This document shows positions 1-12,023 of a stretch of DNA of 46,540 nucleotides, in pieces. The position numbers and the translations under genes are program-made. The notes under the pieces were generated by a model, which saw nothing but the letters and a program-made list of their open reading frames with translations, had not been told where the DNA came from and searched no databases. Position 1 is the first letter of the stretch; the number at the start of each line of letters is the position of its first letter. This stretch comes from Nemertoderma westbladi (lineage: Eukaryota; Animalia; Xenacoelomorpha), in contig JAUCBJ010001205.1 of NCBI GenBank assembly GCA_032718475.1, forward strand, positions 1-46,540, read 5' to 3'.

Positions 1-2
1 TA

Positions 3-3000
3 CATCGACGACTTACAGCTAATGCTTCAGCGAAAGAAATGTACCAAACTCAGCTGAAGAAATTTATAACAAAGGGATACGCGGAGCGAGTACCGGAAGG
101 AACACCAGTGACTGAGAGAACGTATTACTTAACACATCATTACGTTCCCAAACCCGGTAAACCCCACGAAGTACGAGTCGTATTCGATGGCTCCGCCCTA
201 TATATGGGCCAATCCCTCAATTCCGAGTTGTTACCAGGACCCAACTTACTCCAATCTTTGTTGGGAATACTTTTAAGATTAAGACAATATTCCATCGCGT
301 TCGCCTCAGACATAGAGGGAATGTTCTTACAAGTCAAGGCGCTGGATCGAGATAGAGACAGTCTGAGATTTCTGTGGTGGCCTGAAGGAGACCTCAATCA
401 GAAACCGGTAGAGTATTGGATGACCATCCAGGCTTTTGGAATCATATCAAGCCCTTCCAACGCCTGCTCCGTGGTGCAAACCACTGCGAATGACAACCGA
501 GACTCCTTCTCCAAAGAAGTGATAGACAACATAAAACGCAATATATACATGGACGACAATTTAAGGTCCCTTCCATCAGTAGAAGAAGCCATAGCTGTCG
601 CGAAAGGAACGGTAGAGTGTTTGAAAAGAGGTGGATTTCGACTGACGAAATTCACCAGCAACTCCCGTGAGTTTCTGGAAGCGATACCGGTAGAAGACCG
701 CGGAGCGAAAGACCTAGACTTAATAAAGGACGATCTTCCTGAAACCAAGACGCTTGGCTTGAAGTGGGACACTGAAAGAGACATCCTGTTTTTTCAGCTC
801 AAACAGCGAGATAATCCAGTTCGGACCAAACGGATTTGTTTAAGTATCCTGAGCACTTATTTCGACCCATTGGGATTTATTAGCCCAGTTATATTGATTG
901 CTCGGAGTTTAGTACAACAAATGTGGCTTGAAAACCACTCATGGGACGATCCGCTTAAGGGAAAATTGTTAAAGAAATGGATGAAATGGGAAGATTCTCT
1001 ACCTGCCATCGAGAACTTTATAATTTCCCGTACCTATTTTGGCCATGTTCTTCCTACGTATTCCTATCAACTCCATGTGTTTGGAGACGCCAGCGACATG
1101 GGAATAGGTATAGTAGCATATCTGCGAGTCGAAACCCCGGATGGAATCAAAGTCGCCTTGGTTACCTCTAAGGCATTGATTAACAACAAGTTAAAGGTTC
1201 CTCGAGCGGAGTTAAAGGCGGCTTTATACGCTACAGCCATCGGCCGGAACGTAATGGAACAAATCGACTACCCACTGGAGAAAACGGTTTATTGGACCGA
1301 CGCTTTACTCGTGTTGGAGTATCTAACCAACGAAGTCTGTCAGTTCAGCGTTTTTGTTACTAACAGGGTAGCTATTATTCTTAGTCGTACAAAGATAGAT
1401 CAATGGAGACATTGCCCTGGTACGATTAATCCAGCCGATATCGCCTCCAGGGGAGCAACTCCACAGGAACTGATAGATACTCCAGATTGGTTGGGTGGAC
1501 CCGACTTCCTGAGCAAGGAAGAGGATGAATGGCCTCCTCACCTTACTACGGCAGAGATTAGACAAGCCAAGGGAGCGGAGACAGTCAAACCTAAAACCCG
1601 GGCGAGTAAATCGAAGTTATTTAAACCGACTATCGATCTATCTGTATTACATACTTCCGGGAATGATGCTTCGGATCCACAATCCCTCAACACAAATAAG
1701 TCTGTTATGGAAATTAGAGATAAAGATTGGAAATCTGGAATACCAGACGTCTCGCAAGGAATCTCACCCATGCTGCAGAGAGCAATGCATCATTACAGTT
1801 CCTGGAATCGGCTCTGTAAAGCCGTCACATATTTAAGACGATGTTTTCATCATCACTACTCCAGGACGAAGACCACTAGTGATACCGCTCCATTGACATC
1901 TGCACAAGTTCATGTTATTAAAAATTTACCCAAATATAAGACATCTGACCGTTTTCTAAAGGAGAAAATTAGTCACCAGGAGCATGAAGAAACCAATAGG
2001 CAGATACTGATACTCCTGCAATGCTATGAGGATTCCGAAAAGTATTTCCTATTGTTGAGAAATCCGCAGATGCGCTTAAGGGATCGATTCTCGAGCACAA
2101 TGATAGATGGGTTAATACGTGTTGGAGGAAGACTCACCAACGCGCCCTTATCCTTTGACACCAAATTCCCCATACTTATTAGAAATCTTGAAGTACAAAT
2201 CAAGATGATTGTAGATGTTTACAGTAAACTTTATCATGCTGGTAGAGAACGAGTTCTTAGCGAAATTCGAACTCGCTATTATTTTGATAAACCCCGTAGA
2301 GCTCTGAACCAAGTTCTTAGGAACTGCATACCCTACAGAAAAGCATTCAGTAGGCCTTTAACACAGCGAGAGGCAGAATTACCTAGGGAACGAGTAAGCT
2401 TCTATGAACCACCTTTTACTAATACTGGTGTAGATTTATTTGGCCCTATTGAAGTATATCGTGCTAGGACTATAGTCAAGAGATGGTGCGTCATCTTCGT
2501 GTGCATGACTTGTAGAGCCATCCATCTCGATATGGTGAACGATCTATCTACCAACAGCTTCGTCTTAAGTTTACGACGACAGATCGCTCGCTTCAGGACG
2601 AGTAATACCATGAGATCGGATAAGGGAACGAACTTCATTGGTGCCAACAACGAAATACAGGCTTACGTGAAGGACTGGAACCAAAGACAGGTGGACGACC
2701 AGCTAAGGATAACAGCGTCTAGCTGGACCTTCAATGCCGCCGACGCCCCTTGGTGGGGAGGAAGTTGGGAGAGATTGATTCGAAGTGTCAAAACCGCATT
2801 TCACTTTATAGTGCCATGCCGCGCGTATCTCACCGACGAACTTTTGCGGACGTTAATGGAGGAAATAGCTGCCTACCTCAACGAGAGACCGCTTATGCCA
2901 GTCTCATCGAGTCCCGATTCCCTGGAAGCGCTAACACCTGCGCACTTCCTACTGAAGAAACCTGTAGCCATGCTCCCACGATCGGAGATTGCCGACGGAG

Positions 3001-3431
3001 ACGAATACTGCCGTCGAACTTGGCAACTTATGCAGTTGCTATCCCGTCGTTTCGCTGACCATTTCGAGAAACATTATCTGCCCACGCTACAACTTCGAAC
3101 TAAGTGGTTTGCGCAGCAAGAAAACGTCAGCGCCGGAGATATGGTGCTTATTGTAGATCCAGACCTACCACGTAAACGGTGGCAGACAGGTCGTATCATC
3201 GAGACCCACATCTCAGAGGATGGTTTAGTACGCTCGGTAGAACTCATCGTCATGCGGCGTAACTTCAAGAAGCCAGGCATAATCTTTGAGACGCAACAAC
3301 TCAATCGCCCAGTTGGTCGTTTATGTTTACTGGAAAGAGACAGAGAACTCTCCGGGAACTATGGAAGGCAAGACACTCTTCCCACGACCACCTCCCTAAT
3401 TCCTCAAACATCTAGGGACTCCCCCACGTGA
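3..3431 (+). CDS. pol: BEL/Pao retrotransposon pol (RT - RNase H - integrase), 5' part outside window
   Basis: Frame is open from the window edge. RT: VVFDGS, ASDIEGMFLQV, YMDD. RNase H: LHVFGDAS, PRAELKAA, WTDA, NPADIASRG. Integrase: VDLFGP, SDKGTNF, GSWERL, plus a BEL-type C-terminus (DGLVRSV...RPVGRLCLL). The integrase HHCC finger looks degenerate (DVYSKLYHAG...CIPY). Confidence 0.96.
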   Translation, partial: HRRLTANASAKEMYQTQLKKFITKGYAERVPEGTPVTERTYYLTHHYVPKPGKPHEVRVVFDGSALYMGQSLNSELLPGPNLLQSLLGILLRLRQYSIAFASDIEGMFLQVKALDRDRDSLRFLWWPEGDLNQKPVEYWMTIQAFGIISSPSNACSVVQTTANDNRDSFSKEVIDNIKRNIYMDDNLRSLPSVEEAIAVAKGTVECLKRGGFRLTKFTSNSREFLEAIPVEDRGAKDLDLIKDDLPETKTLGLKWDTERDILFFQLKQRDNPVRTKRICLSILSTYFDPLGFISPVILIARSLVQQMWLENHSWDDPLKGKLLKKWMKWEDSLPAIENFIISRTYFGHVLPTYSYQLHVFGDASDMGIGIVAYLRVETPDGIKVALVTSKALINNKLKVPRAELKAALYATAIGRNVMEQIDYPLEKTVYWTDALLVLEYLTNEVCQFSVFVTNRVAIILSRTKIDQWRHCPGTINPADIASRGATPQELIDTPDWLGGPDFLSKEEDEWPPHLTTAEIRQAKGAETVKPKTRASKSKLFKPTIDLSVLHTSGNDASDPQSLNTNKSVMEIRDKDWKSGIPDVSQGISPMLQRAMHHYSSWNRLCKAVTYLRRCFHHHYSRTKTTSDTAPLTSAQVHVIKNLPKYKTSDRFLKEKISHQEHEETNRQILILLQCYEDSEKYFLLLRNPQMRLRDRFSSTMIDGLIRVGGRLTNAPLSFDTKFPILIRNLEVQIKMIVDVYSKLYHAGRERVLSEIRTRYYFDKPRRALNQVLRNCIPYRKAFSRPLTQREAELPRERVSFYEPPFTNTGVDLFGPIEVYRARTIVKRWCVIFVCMTCRAIHLDMVNDLSTNSFVLSLRRQIARFRTSNTMRSDKGTNFIGANNEIQAYVKDWNQRQVDDQLRITASSWTFNAADAPWWGGSWERLIRSVKTAFHFIVPCRAYLTDELLRTLMEEIAAYLNERPLMPVSSSPDSLEALTPAHFLLKKPVAMLPRSEIADGDEYCRRTWQLMQLLSRRFADHFEKHYLPTLQLRTKWFAQQENVSAGDMVLIVDPDLPRKRWQTGRIIETHISEDGLVRSVELIVMRRNFKKPGIIFETQQLNRPVGRLCLLERDRELSGNYGRQDTLPTTTSLIPQTSRDSPT

Positions 3432-3446
3432 TACGTCTGGAGTGGG

Positions 3447-3754
3447 TGTATGACTATATTATTTTATCTATTTTGTTATATTTTTATATGCGAACTTTAT
3501 TATGTACTTTATTATAATCGTTTTTATTCAATTTTATTTAGTAGAATGTTATTTTAGTGATTATTTAGTAGATTAGTGCAATATATTAGTGTTTATTACG
3601 TACGTAATTACTTATAATATATATTTAGTGCGACGGCGAAAAAATAATTATTTTTCTCTTTCCTTACTGTCCGTATCATATTATAAATACGTGACTACAG
3701 TAAGATGAAATGTCCGTACTTCTTAAAGTACAATAAAGCCACTACTATATTCAA
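3447..3754 (+). repeat. candidate LTR of element 1
   Basis: Starts TG after the PPT-like tract, contains TATAAATA (~3682) and AATAAA (~3732), ends TTCA, and is followed by PBS-like TGGTAGGCAGAG (~3762). No partner copy in the window. Confidence 0.4.
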
Positions 3755-3979
3755 GTATTATTGGTAGGCAGAGTATTAGGAATGCAAAGTTCAGATCCTC
3801 GTGTCTCGGCTAAGCCAAGCTCTGGGTAGACCTTGGAAACGACTTGCCTCTTCACACTGACATTGCTTCGTGCGATATTGCTCTTCTACCTTATATTAAA
3901 TAATACATATAGTAGCGTGATGTCCCTCTAACAGTAGCGTAAAACGCAAATAAATCTGTTAAACCTTTTGACCATCTGT

Positions 3980-4250
3980 AATTCTAGTCGATTAAGATAT
4001 CGCGGCACCCACCGATATACTTGAAAGACAAATTCTAGAATCAGTGGTTAACGTCCCCAGACAAGTTCTGGAATAAATCGGTGCCCATCTTAAATATTAA
4101 TTTAATATTTATTAAAATCTGTAAAATTCAGATCCGTTAACAATTCTAGTCGATTAAGATATCGTAGCACTTACCGATACTCTTAAAAGACAAATTTCAT
4201 AGAATTAAGGATCCTATGTCCCCAGACCTGCTCTGGAATCAAATTGTGTC
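3980..4250 (+). repeat. two diverged direct repeats (~110 nt) with conserved stems
   Basis: AATTCTAGTCGATTAAGATATCG...CGATA...AAAGACAAATT...GTCCCCAGAC...TCTGGAAT at ~3980-4088 and ~4142-4250. Confidence 0.85.
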
Positions 4251-4867
4251 AATTTTAACATCAAATAATAAAATTCACGGGAATAAATTTAAATTCATAT
4301 TTTTAAATGAATTTCATAAATTGTCATTTTGTACAATTTATAACATTCCCAAAATTCCATTAATTAATAGATCATGGGAGCGGAGATTCATCCTATTAAG
4401 TGTATTAGAGTGCGAGAATCTCCAACATATAGTCAATAGCCGATAAAATTAATAAAATCATGCATAAAGAGGATATTGACAATTAAAGAATTATTATTAA
4501 ATAGCATCCCAGATCTGTATGCATGAGAATTACCCTAATTCTACCGCTAGCATTCCATAATGTCACCATAGCAACACCCACGCTAGAATTAGAAGCAAGT
4601 TAAAAGAACAATAGAAAGCTTGTCCCATTGCATAGCATAAGAGAATATAGCACACTGCTAGTATCCAAGGATACACAGTAATAACGTGACATTCTGGAAG
4701 GCACTGACTAACGGACAAATGGCCTGTATGTGTGCAGTTGGTGACAGTTGTGTGGAATTTGTGCGTTTGTAGGTGAATGTTACTGCTAAGGTGTGTTTAC
4801 AGTAGCTAGTCGCAATTGTGAAAGTAACCCAACTCTCCTATAGAAAGAACCTAAAGTGGATTCAAGC

Positions 4868-4989
4868 CTTTGGGACGGACAGTGGAGTGACTTGTGCCGG
4901 TTATCGTTGTCGTGATGTTGCTACATGTTGGCGTAAACACCGCGACGACGGTACATCGGCGCTGAGAATCCCACTGTCCGGGGGCAAAG
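4868..4989 (+). ncRNA. long imperfect RNA hairpin
   Basis: CGGACAGTGG/CCACTGTCCG, GTGCCGG/TCGGCGC and ATCGTTGTCGTG/CGCGACGACGGT pair with several G-U wobbles on the + strand. Confidence 0.6.
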
Positions 4990-5060
4990 AGAGGTAGGTA
5001 GCGTCGTCCGCTCGCCTAAACATAAACTCATTTCGATATTAATAAACTCAGATAGCAGAT

Positions 5061-6509
5061 ATGACGGAGTTGATAGAAGATGATCTTGGTATCAGGGAGC
5101 GATATACTCTACCTTTACAAGCATTTGTGGATAGCTTGATACGCGGTGGAACCGATCCAACCATTACGGAGGACGATGGTCGTTATATCGAACCGCCGAT
5201 GTCCCAAGAGCAACTTACGCGTGAATTGGACTATCGAAAATTCACCGCTCGCTATACGCATCGTAATAATACGTATATGGACCTCCTAACTACCGGCCAT
5301 CCTATCGATTTACATGATAAGGACGATGTAGACACCGAAAGGGAAATGGTTCTATTTAAATATCATACCCAGCGGCGTCGTAACGATAAACCGAGAATAG
5401 ATCACGAAAATTCTATTCGTAACAGACTGGGAAGACGAACCAATATGCCTAGAATCTGAGGAGATTCAGCCTATCGCGCTCGGAACAGCGACAACGATTA
5501 CATCCTAGAATGGTATCAAGGTCCACAGTGTCTCACTGCGTACGATTATCGCCATGCCAACTATGTTTCTCGGCAACGTTGTCGGTTATGCGCATCGAGA
5601 GACCACGATACGCCCATGGACACCAACGTCCGCTGTTCCTATTTCCAAGAACAACCGACTATGGAAATTTATTGCGCATATTGTAGACTCAATAACTTGC
5701 ATATCTTTGCGGTTTGCCCTCAATTTATGACTCAATGTCACCATTGTCAACTAAAGGGACATGCTAGTTTCGACTGTCCTTTTAATCACGATTTGGAAAG
5801 CGTAGATGAAATGATCACACTACGTTACATCAGAGCTTGGGAAGCGAACGCTGATTTACATTGTGATTCGCGCCATCGCTATTATCCCGGACGCACTTAC
5901 GAAAGAGTTTATGCGTTCCATCCTTATCTATTCGCTTCGGTTGAACAGAAATCACGCATATCAAGTTACGAGCTACTGAAGCGCGTTGGAGAATGTATTT
6001 CAACCAAATTCGTACGCAAATTTCTCAGGAGTGTTAATCCTAGCGACCTTCATTCCTATAACTTAATCAATTATATCCGTCAGGATCCGGACTATGGAGA
6101 CTTGTTTGTTAACTCACACCCCGAGTTACAGGAAGTATATCGACGGCCTTACGAATACCGAGCCCGCGAACGCGAGTTGGAAAGGACCATTAAACCCCGG
6201 AGGTTTCTAACTGCCTATTGTCCACCCACGGCCCTCGTTCAGACCACTCGTAAAGGACCCGTAAGAGCGGCTGTCTTGAAACGAGCTCTCAAAGCCGTTA
6301 GACCCCTCTCCCCAGACGTTGATGTCAATCAACCCGGTACTTCGACTGGCGGATACACCGACCATAATCCTACACCCTCTGATGCAATCATATTGCACCC
6401 TTCACCCAGGAGTTATAGCCCTCCTTGTAAAGTGGCTCGCCCCAAAGAGAAAAGGACTCTGGCTAGCTTTAAGAAACTGCGTAAACGCCGTCCGCGCAAG
6501 AAAGACTAA
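5061..6509 (+). pseudogene. ~480-codon Zn-knuckle protein interrupted by one in-frame TGA (5457-5459)
   Basis: ORFs 5061-5459 and 5616-6509 share a frame and the sequence between them is open. Motifs: CRLCASRDH, CAYCRLNNLHIFAVC and CHHCQLKGHASFDC (CX2CX4HX4C), plus a basic C-terminus KKLRKRRPRKK. Confidence 0.7.
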
Positions 6510-8142
6510 CTGTTTAGAGTATTTACGTATATTAGAAACTGTGATTTTGTATATTTTATAGACTCAAATCCCATTTTCTGGGAGCGGTGTAAAAGCTTCT
6601 GTGGGATATAACTGGCCCTTTTGCTTCGCAATCCAGTTTCCCCCCTAGGCGCTGGAATACTCTAAAAGGCTCTATAACTATATATATATTCCCCTCGCCC
6701 GCAAGGTACCGTTATAGGTCTTTTAACGGACATAAAAGTCATTCTGCTATATACGTGTTTTGGCGGACATGGTAAGGCAAAAAACCTGCAATGCACCAAA
6801 TACCTTTCACAGCTTAGCCGTGATGATTCATATTACGACATCTAACAGCTGGTTGCTGACATGGAAACAGCCATTGGACGCATGGTTCTTTGTTTGGCTT
6901 GAGCCAATCAGAGCGATTTTTTCTGTCGACGTGTAGATATTCGGTCGATCATACTGGGAGTGTTCAGTCTTACTGTTTTTTGGATACTGTTGTGTTGTAG
7001 CTATCTAGGCCAGGAACACCGGCACTAGAGTCAACTCGTTTTCATACTTTAGAAGAAACATTAGTAGGCTTAAATTATAGAGCGTATAACTGTTATCAGT
7101 GCATATCACGGTTCATAACAATCGGTGCAACTCCGTTCAGTCTTGCATTATCGGTTCAACATACATTGTTATACTGCTGTTTACTGTTGTGTTTTGGTTG
7201 AATATTATTTGGAGAACATCTATAAAGAACCCAAATTTCCCAATTTTCTTGATACACTACAGGTTAGAGAGACGGGTTATATACAGCGATTGCGACTTAT
7301 ATTATTGTGGTTTGTAGTGAATTTAATGCTATTTGATAAGCACTACATGAATCCGTTGCTGTTTTCTTTATATATGATAAAATTCATTGACGGTCGGCAA
7401 ATTAGTGAGCAGTATTGTGTGTTACCGGTAGTGTGCCTGATTGTGACTGATAACTAAGCATTTCCTAAAGAATGCGCCTCATACGTGAATCTTAAGCCTT
7501 ACCGACTTACCGTTGTGATTAGTATAAGTCATATCTCTGTTTACCTAGATAGAGCGCCACGTCCTAAAGGAACTGTTAATATTTCCCGAAAGTGAATAAT
7601 ATTAGTCAGAAATTATTTACTAACGATCAATCGAATAATACAATACAGTAAGCTTACACTGCAATAATAATCTAAGCCCTCAGAATCCAGCCCCCCGGGT
7701 ATATCCAGCGGGTGAATGGACGCGCACTAGGCTGGCTTCTGCTAATGTTGTGTTTATTGGTATTAAATATTTGTCATCTTCTAAAGTCTATTTATAAACC
7801 AAAAGACATATAAATTTTGGCAGGTTAAACTGCTAAAGGTCTTCAAAAGCGCGTACAAAAACCTAGATTTATCAAGAATGAGGCAGAAAACAATGGCTCA
7901 ATCAATTTTGCATATCGGATTGAACATCGGTTCAATCCGAGCGGGAGTTTTAAATTGCAGAATTTATACCAATTCAGCCAGTAATGGAGTTGTTTTAACT
8001 GTACCGGTGACTTTGAACGATTCCGACTAAACTTGTGAGCTCGCCAGAATCTCCTGGTGTGCTTTTAATGCGAAAAATTATCGGATAGACAGAATCATGA
8101 CAGGCACATGGAGTAAAAAGGACGACGGAGTCCTATAAACTC

Positions 8143-8769
8143 GCTGCAGAGGTACAGTCCATGTGCAATATGTGTAAATAATTATGATAAATATGTGAAA
8201 AATGTGTAAGAGGTGAAAATATGTAAGCGGTGAAAAATATGTAAGGCTATGTAAGCATGGTATTGTATGTAATATAAACATAGAACATGATGCAATAACC
8301 GTCATTCTTGATTTTCTTTTAAAATAGTTTTGCCATTTTTGTTACCAATTAATTTATTAATTGGTAACAACTAGTTTGTGTAGTTTGTGTTACTTTGGTT
8401 TAGTGCTTCTATCTGTAGTGATGAATTCCGCGTTAGACATGTGCGCGGGGCGATAGCGCTGCAGAGGTACAGTCCATGTGCAATATGTGTAAATAATTAT
8501 GATAGGTGAAAAATATGTAAGAGGTGAAAAATATGTAAGCGGTGAAAAATATGTAAGGCTATGTAAGCATGGTATTGTATGTAATATAAACATAGAACAT
8601 GATGCAATAATCGTCATTCTTGATTTTCTTTGAAAATAGTTTTGCCATTTTTGTTACCAATTAATTTATTAATTGGTAACAATTAGTTTGTGTAGTTTGT
8701 GTTACTTTGGTTTAGTGCTTCTATCTGTAGTGATGAATTCCGCGTTAGACATGTGCGCGGGGCGATAGC
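8143..8769. repeat. tandem duplication, two ~313-bp near-identical copies
   Basis: CGCTGCAGAGGTACAGTCC starts at ~8143 and ~8457. Each copy has internal 17-bp GGTGAAAAATATGTAAG subrepeats and the palindrome TTGTTACCAATTAAT-TT-ATTAATTGGTAACAA. Confidence 0.92.
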
Positions 8770-9844
8770 CATGTAAGTCCAGTTGGGCCTTAGGGTAGGT
8801 GTGTAGTTAGTGCACCCATCCGTTGTCGACGTTTGAACGCTAATAAGTCTGTCAATCTTTGATGAAATGGAACCAAACTTGATACATGTATTCTATAACA
8901 ATTAGTGACAAAATATACAACTGGCTGTTTCTGGAAAGCTCCGAGTTGGAAAAAAAACTTAATATATAAATTTAATAGTGATTCCAGAAGAATATAGTGT
9001 GTATCTCGCGCTGTAATAGAAAACAATTCTACGAGGAGTTTCAGAAGATTTAGTCAAATTCATCCTGTTTCGAATTCTTTTGAATACCTGTGTTTATTCG
9101 ATAATTTCATCAGGATAATTGTAAGGCAGAGGTTGAACATCTACGTCAAGTTAATTTAATACCAGAATTAAAAATCGCAACACATAAGTCGTTGAACAAT
9201 TTAATAAAGAAATTAATAGTTTTCCATATTTTCTAAACAAAATGGAACCGTCTACTCATGTATTCTGCCTGAGACGCATTCTGGATCATCGTTATAGAAA
9301 ACTTAACACCAACCTTAGGAGGCATCAAGAAGCTTGAGCTAAAAAAACAATTGAAACTTTATGAATTCGGCTGACTGTCTATGGAGAAAATGTTATTAGT
9401 ATATTTCAGTATTTTTAGAATGTGACATTCACTCTAGTGTGATTAATAAAAATTGTGATTGCTTATTGAAGTGAAATTAATTATTATTTATCTATTAATC
9501 ATAATAAATAATAAAAATACAATAATACAACAAACAAAATAATAAATTATTTATATCTATTTATCTATTAATTATTAAATTATATCTGAGATAGACGGTT
9601 TTTGCATACAAATGTCTATGAAAACATAAAAACAATTTTATGACTATTATATAACTTTACCTAGTAAGTGACATCAGTTACAGGATTTCCACCAATCAGG
9701 AATCAAATGACAGGCCGGGTATGTATTTTGCGTTTTTCTCGAAACTATGTAAAAATGAGTTAGACGGTTTTGGCATTTAAGGGCCGTACTGTACTAATAC
9801 TAATAGCAAATCGCAATGATGGCAAAATCATGGTACGTACCGGT

Positions 9845-10217
9845 ACTAAAATGTAGAACGATCTATAACGGGCTATAACTTCCTGTAACAGGCTATAACC
9901 ACCTATAACGAGCTATAATCTGAAAATTTACTATAAAAAAACATATTTTAGAATGGAATTATTTTCCTAGTCAGTAATTTAATTACGCAATTTGGTTTTT
10001 TAGTCCATAATGCTTTTCATGCTAATTTTTAACCTGCGGTATTTTTCAGACCACAGTGTTAATCCAAAAGTTAAACACACCCAAGGGGCGTTTTTTAATG
10101 TAAATTTTCATATTATAGCTCGTTATAGGTGGTTATATCTTGTTTATAGAAAGTTATAGCCCGTTATAGATCGTTATAGCCCGTTATAGATCTTTCTACC
10201 TTTTAGCAGTTTAGTAC
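9845..10217. mobile_element. MITE/foldback with CTATAAC subterminal repeats
   Basis: Left arm GATCTATAACGGGCTATAAC...CTATAACGAGCTATAATCTGAAAATTT is the reverse complement of the right arm AAATTTTCATATTATAGCTCGTTATAG...GCCCGTTATAGATC. Confidence 0.75.
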
Positions 10218-11227
10218 GTACCCAAAATCATACATAAAGAATACGGCAAAGATTGAGTACGGTATTGAAGCAATCTGTGCAGTGTGCACTGCGGTACCGG
10301 TACCATACCGGCAACGGCATTATCACTGATAATAAAGTACTTTCAAATTCGGTGCAAGAGACTATTCCGGCTGACCGGTCCGGTAGCGGAACGGTACACT
10401 GCACAGTCAAGGAGTACTACACCATGTCCTGGAATAGTGTCGTTATTCAGGCACCTGGACCGGACGCATATTTCCAATTGGGGTGTCGTTTCAGACTATG
10501 GAAGTATTTCTGGGCTTCTAATTGGCTGTTTCTTCAATAAGCTCACCTCATTGGCTAACACTCTCCCATAGCCAAAAGGTGTGTCGGTTCAGCCTAATTG
10601 CCAGAAGGGGTGTCGCTTGGGGGAAATCACTTTTATTAGGCCTACTTCTAAATTCTACTTAAGCCTGCCTACTCCTTCTGTATTAAACAGGTAAATCACA
10701 ATTATATTGTCATATTCACTAATGTCTGGTGTTATTTGTTACCACACCATTTGGATTGGGTTTAGTTAATTAACAAATACTACTGCCATATATAATTATA
10801 TTATATATTAATTCACAATAATATTTGCGTGAGCCACGTACCGTATTAGCCGAAGCATTTCTAACCTGGGATACCTGTATACGGACTATAGTCAATAAAG
10901 GGACATACTTTGTCATTAGTTTTTGTCGCCTTTAACTTAATAACTAATGAGTTTGATTTAAATCTTTAAAGTTTGTAATATTTAGACATTAAATACGATC
11001 AAAATATGGGATTTTAACCACCGCTAGCGGGTGAAATGTCTAAACATCAAACAACCTCGATTTCTTACAGTACAGTAGTTGTCAGTCGGTTCAAAACCTT
11101 GGTAATATAAAAGTGCCACAGGCACATGGCCAGAACCTACTCTTTGGCGCAAGCCGCAAATGACGATTATTCTCAATTTTCGCGATGGCCAACTTTTAGT
11201 TCTCTTACTGCATTAATATTTTGCTCA

Positions 11228-11730
11228 TAAGAACCGCAATGACCGATTTAGTGGGGGTAGACACCATCAAAACAAACGTAGAGCGAATAGTTCTTGAGAT
11301 ATCGCAGAAAATGTGAAGTCCGGCACAAGTCTACATTACCGCCTTGATGCAATATGGACAAATACACAAAAATGATACTTTGAATTATCTCAAGGAACCA
11401 ACAATAGACACATCACAGAAATGATCGATGTAGTGGGTGTAGACACCTTCAAAATAAGAGTAGAGTCATTAGTTCTTGAATTATTTTACAAAATGTCAAG
11501 ACTATGTGCATAAATTGATACTTGGTATTGAGTTGACCATTCCACACATTTTGTACAAAAACACTAATCAACTAATCAACTAGTCAACTAATCACTACTC
11601 TTTCATTTTGAAGGTGTCTGTATACACTAAATCAATCCGTTGCAGTGATGTGCATATTTTTTATGCCTTAAGATAATTAGAAGTTAAATTTTTAGTGTAT
11701 TTGTCTATAAATCATCGATGTTCGCGGTAT
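11228..11730. repeat. degenerate foldback/MITE with direct and inverted subrepeats
   Basis: GTAGACACCnTCAAAA...TAGTTCTTGA occurs at ~11257 and ~11439, with an inverted copy (TTTTGAAGGTGTCT) at ~11605. GGACAAATACAC (~11357) pairs with GTGTATTTGTCT (~11695). Confidence 0.55.
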
Positions 11731-12023
11731 TTCAACTTTTCATAACGCGAGTTGAATATTTTTTGTATTTATTTAAAATGATTATTCCGATATCACTACT
11801 GGGTGCGGGACCATGGGTTTTGGGCACACTCAATGAACTGGGGGCGATTTATGGGCGAACATTGGGGCGACTTACAGGGTATGGGACTCATTTCATGTTT
11901 ATAAGGGCCAGGGGTGGGAGGCAAAATTAAGCAGTATTCAGGTTTGCCTGAGTACTATTAGGCCTAGCCAACTTCCTGCTGCCTGTAGAGGTGGATTTGG
12001 TAACTCGTTAGGTCTAAAGGACA

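Larger units (their letters stand above)
1..3754 (+). mobile_element. BEL/Pao LTR retrotransposon 1 (3' portion); may extend to ~6590 or beyond
   Basis: pol ORF followed by a purine-rich tract (ggagtggg, ~3439-3446) and a TG...CA-bounded AT-rich segment. The true 3' end cannot be fixed because the 5' LTR is outside the window. Confidence 0.8.

Noticed and set aside
7099-7457. short ORFs in AT-rich DNA (also 18037-18315, 37199-37499)
   Set aside because: Low-complexity, composition-driven translations with no motifs.
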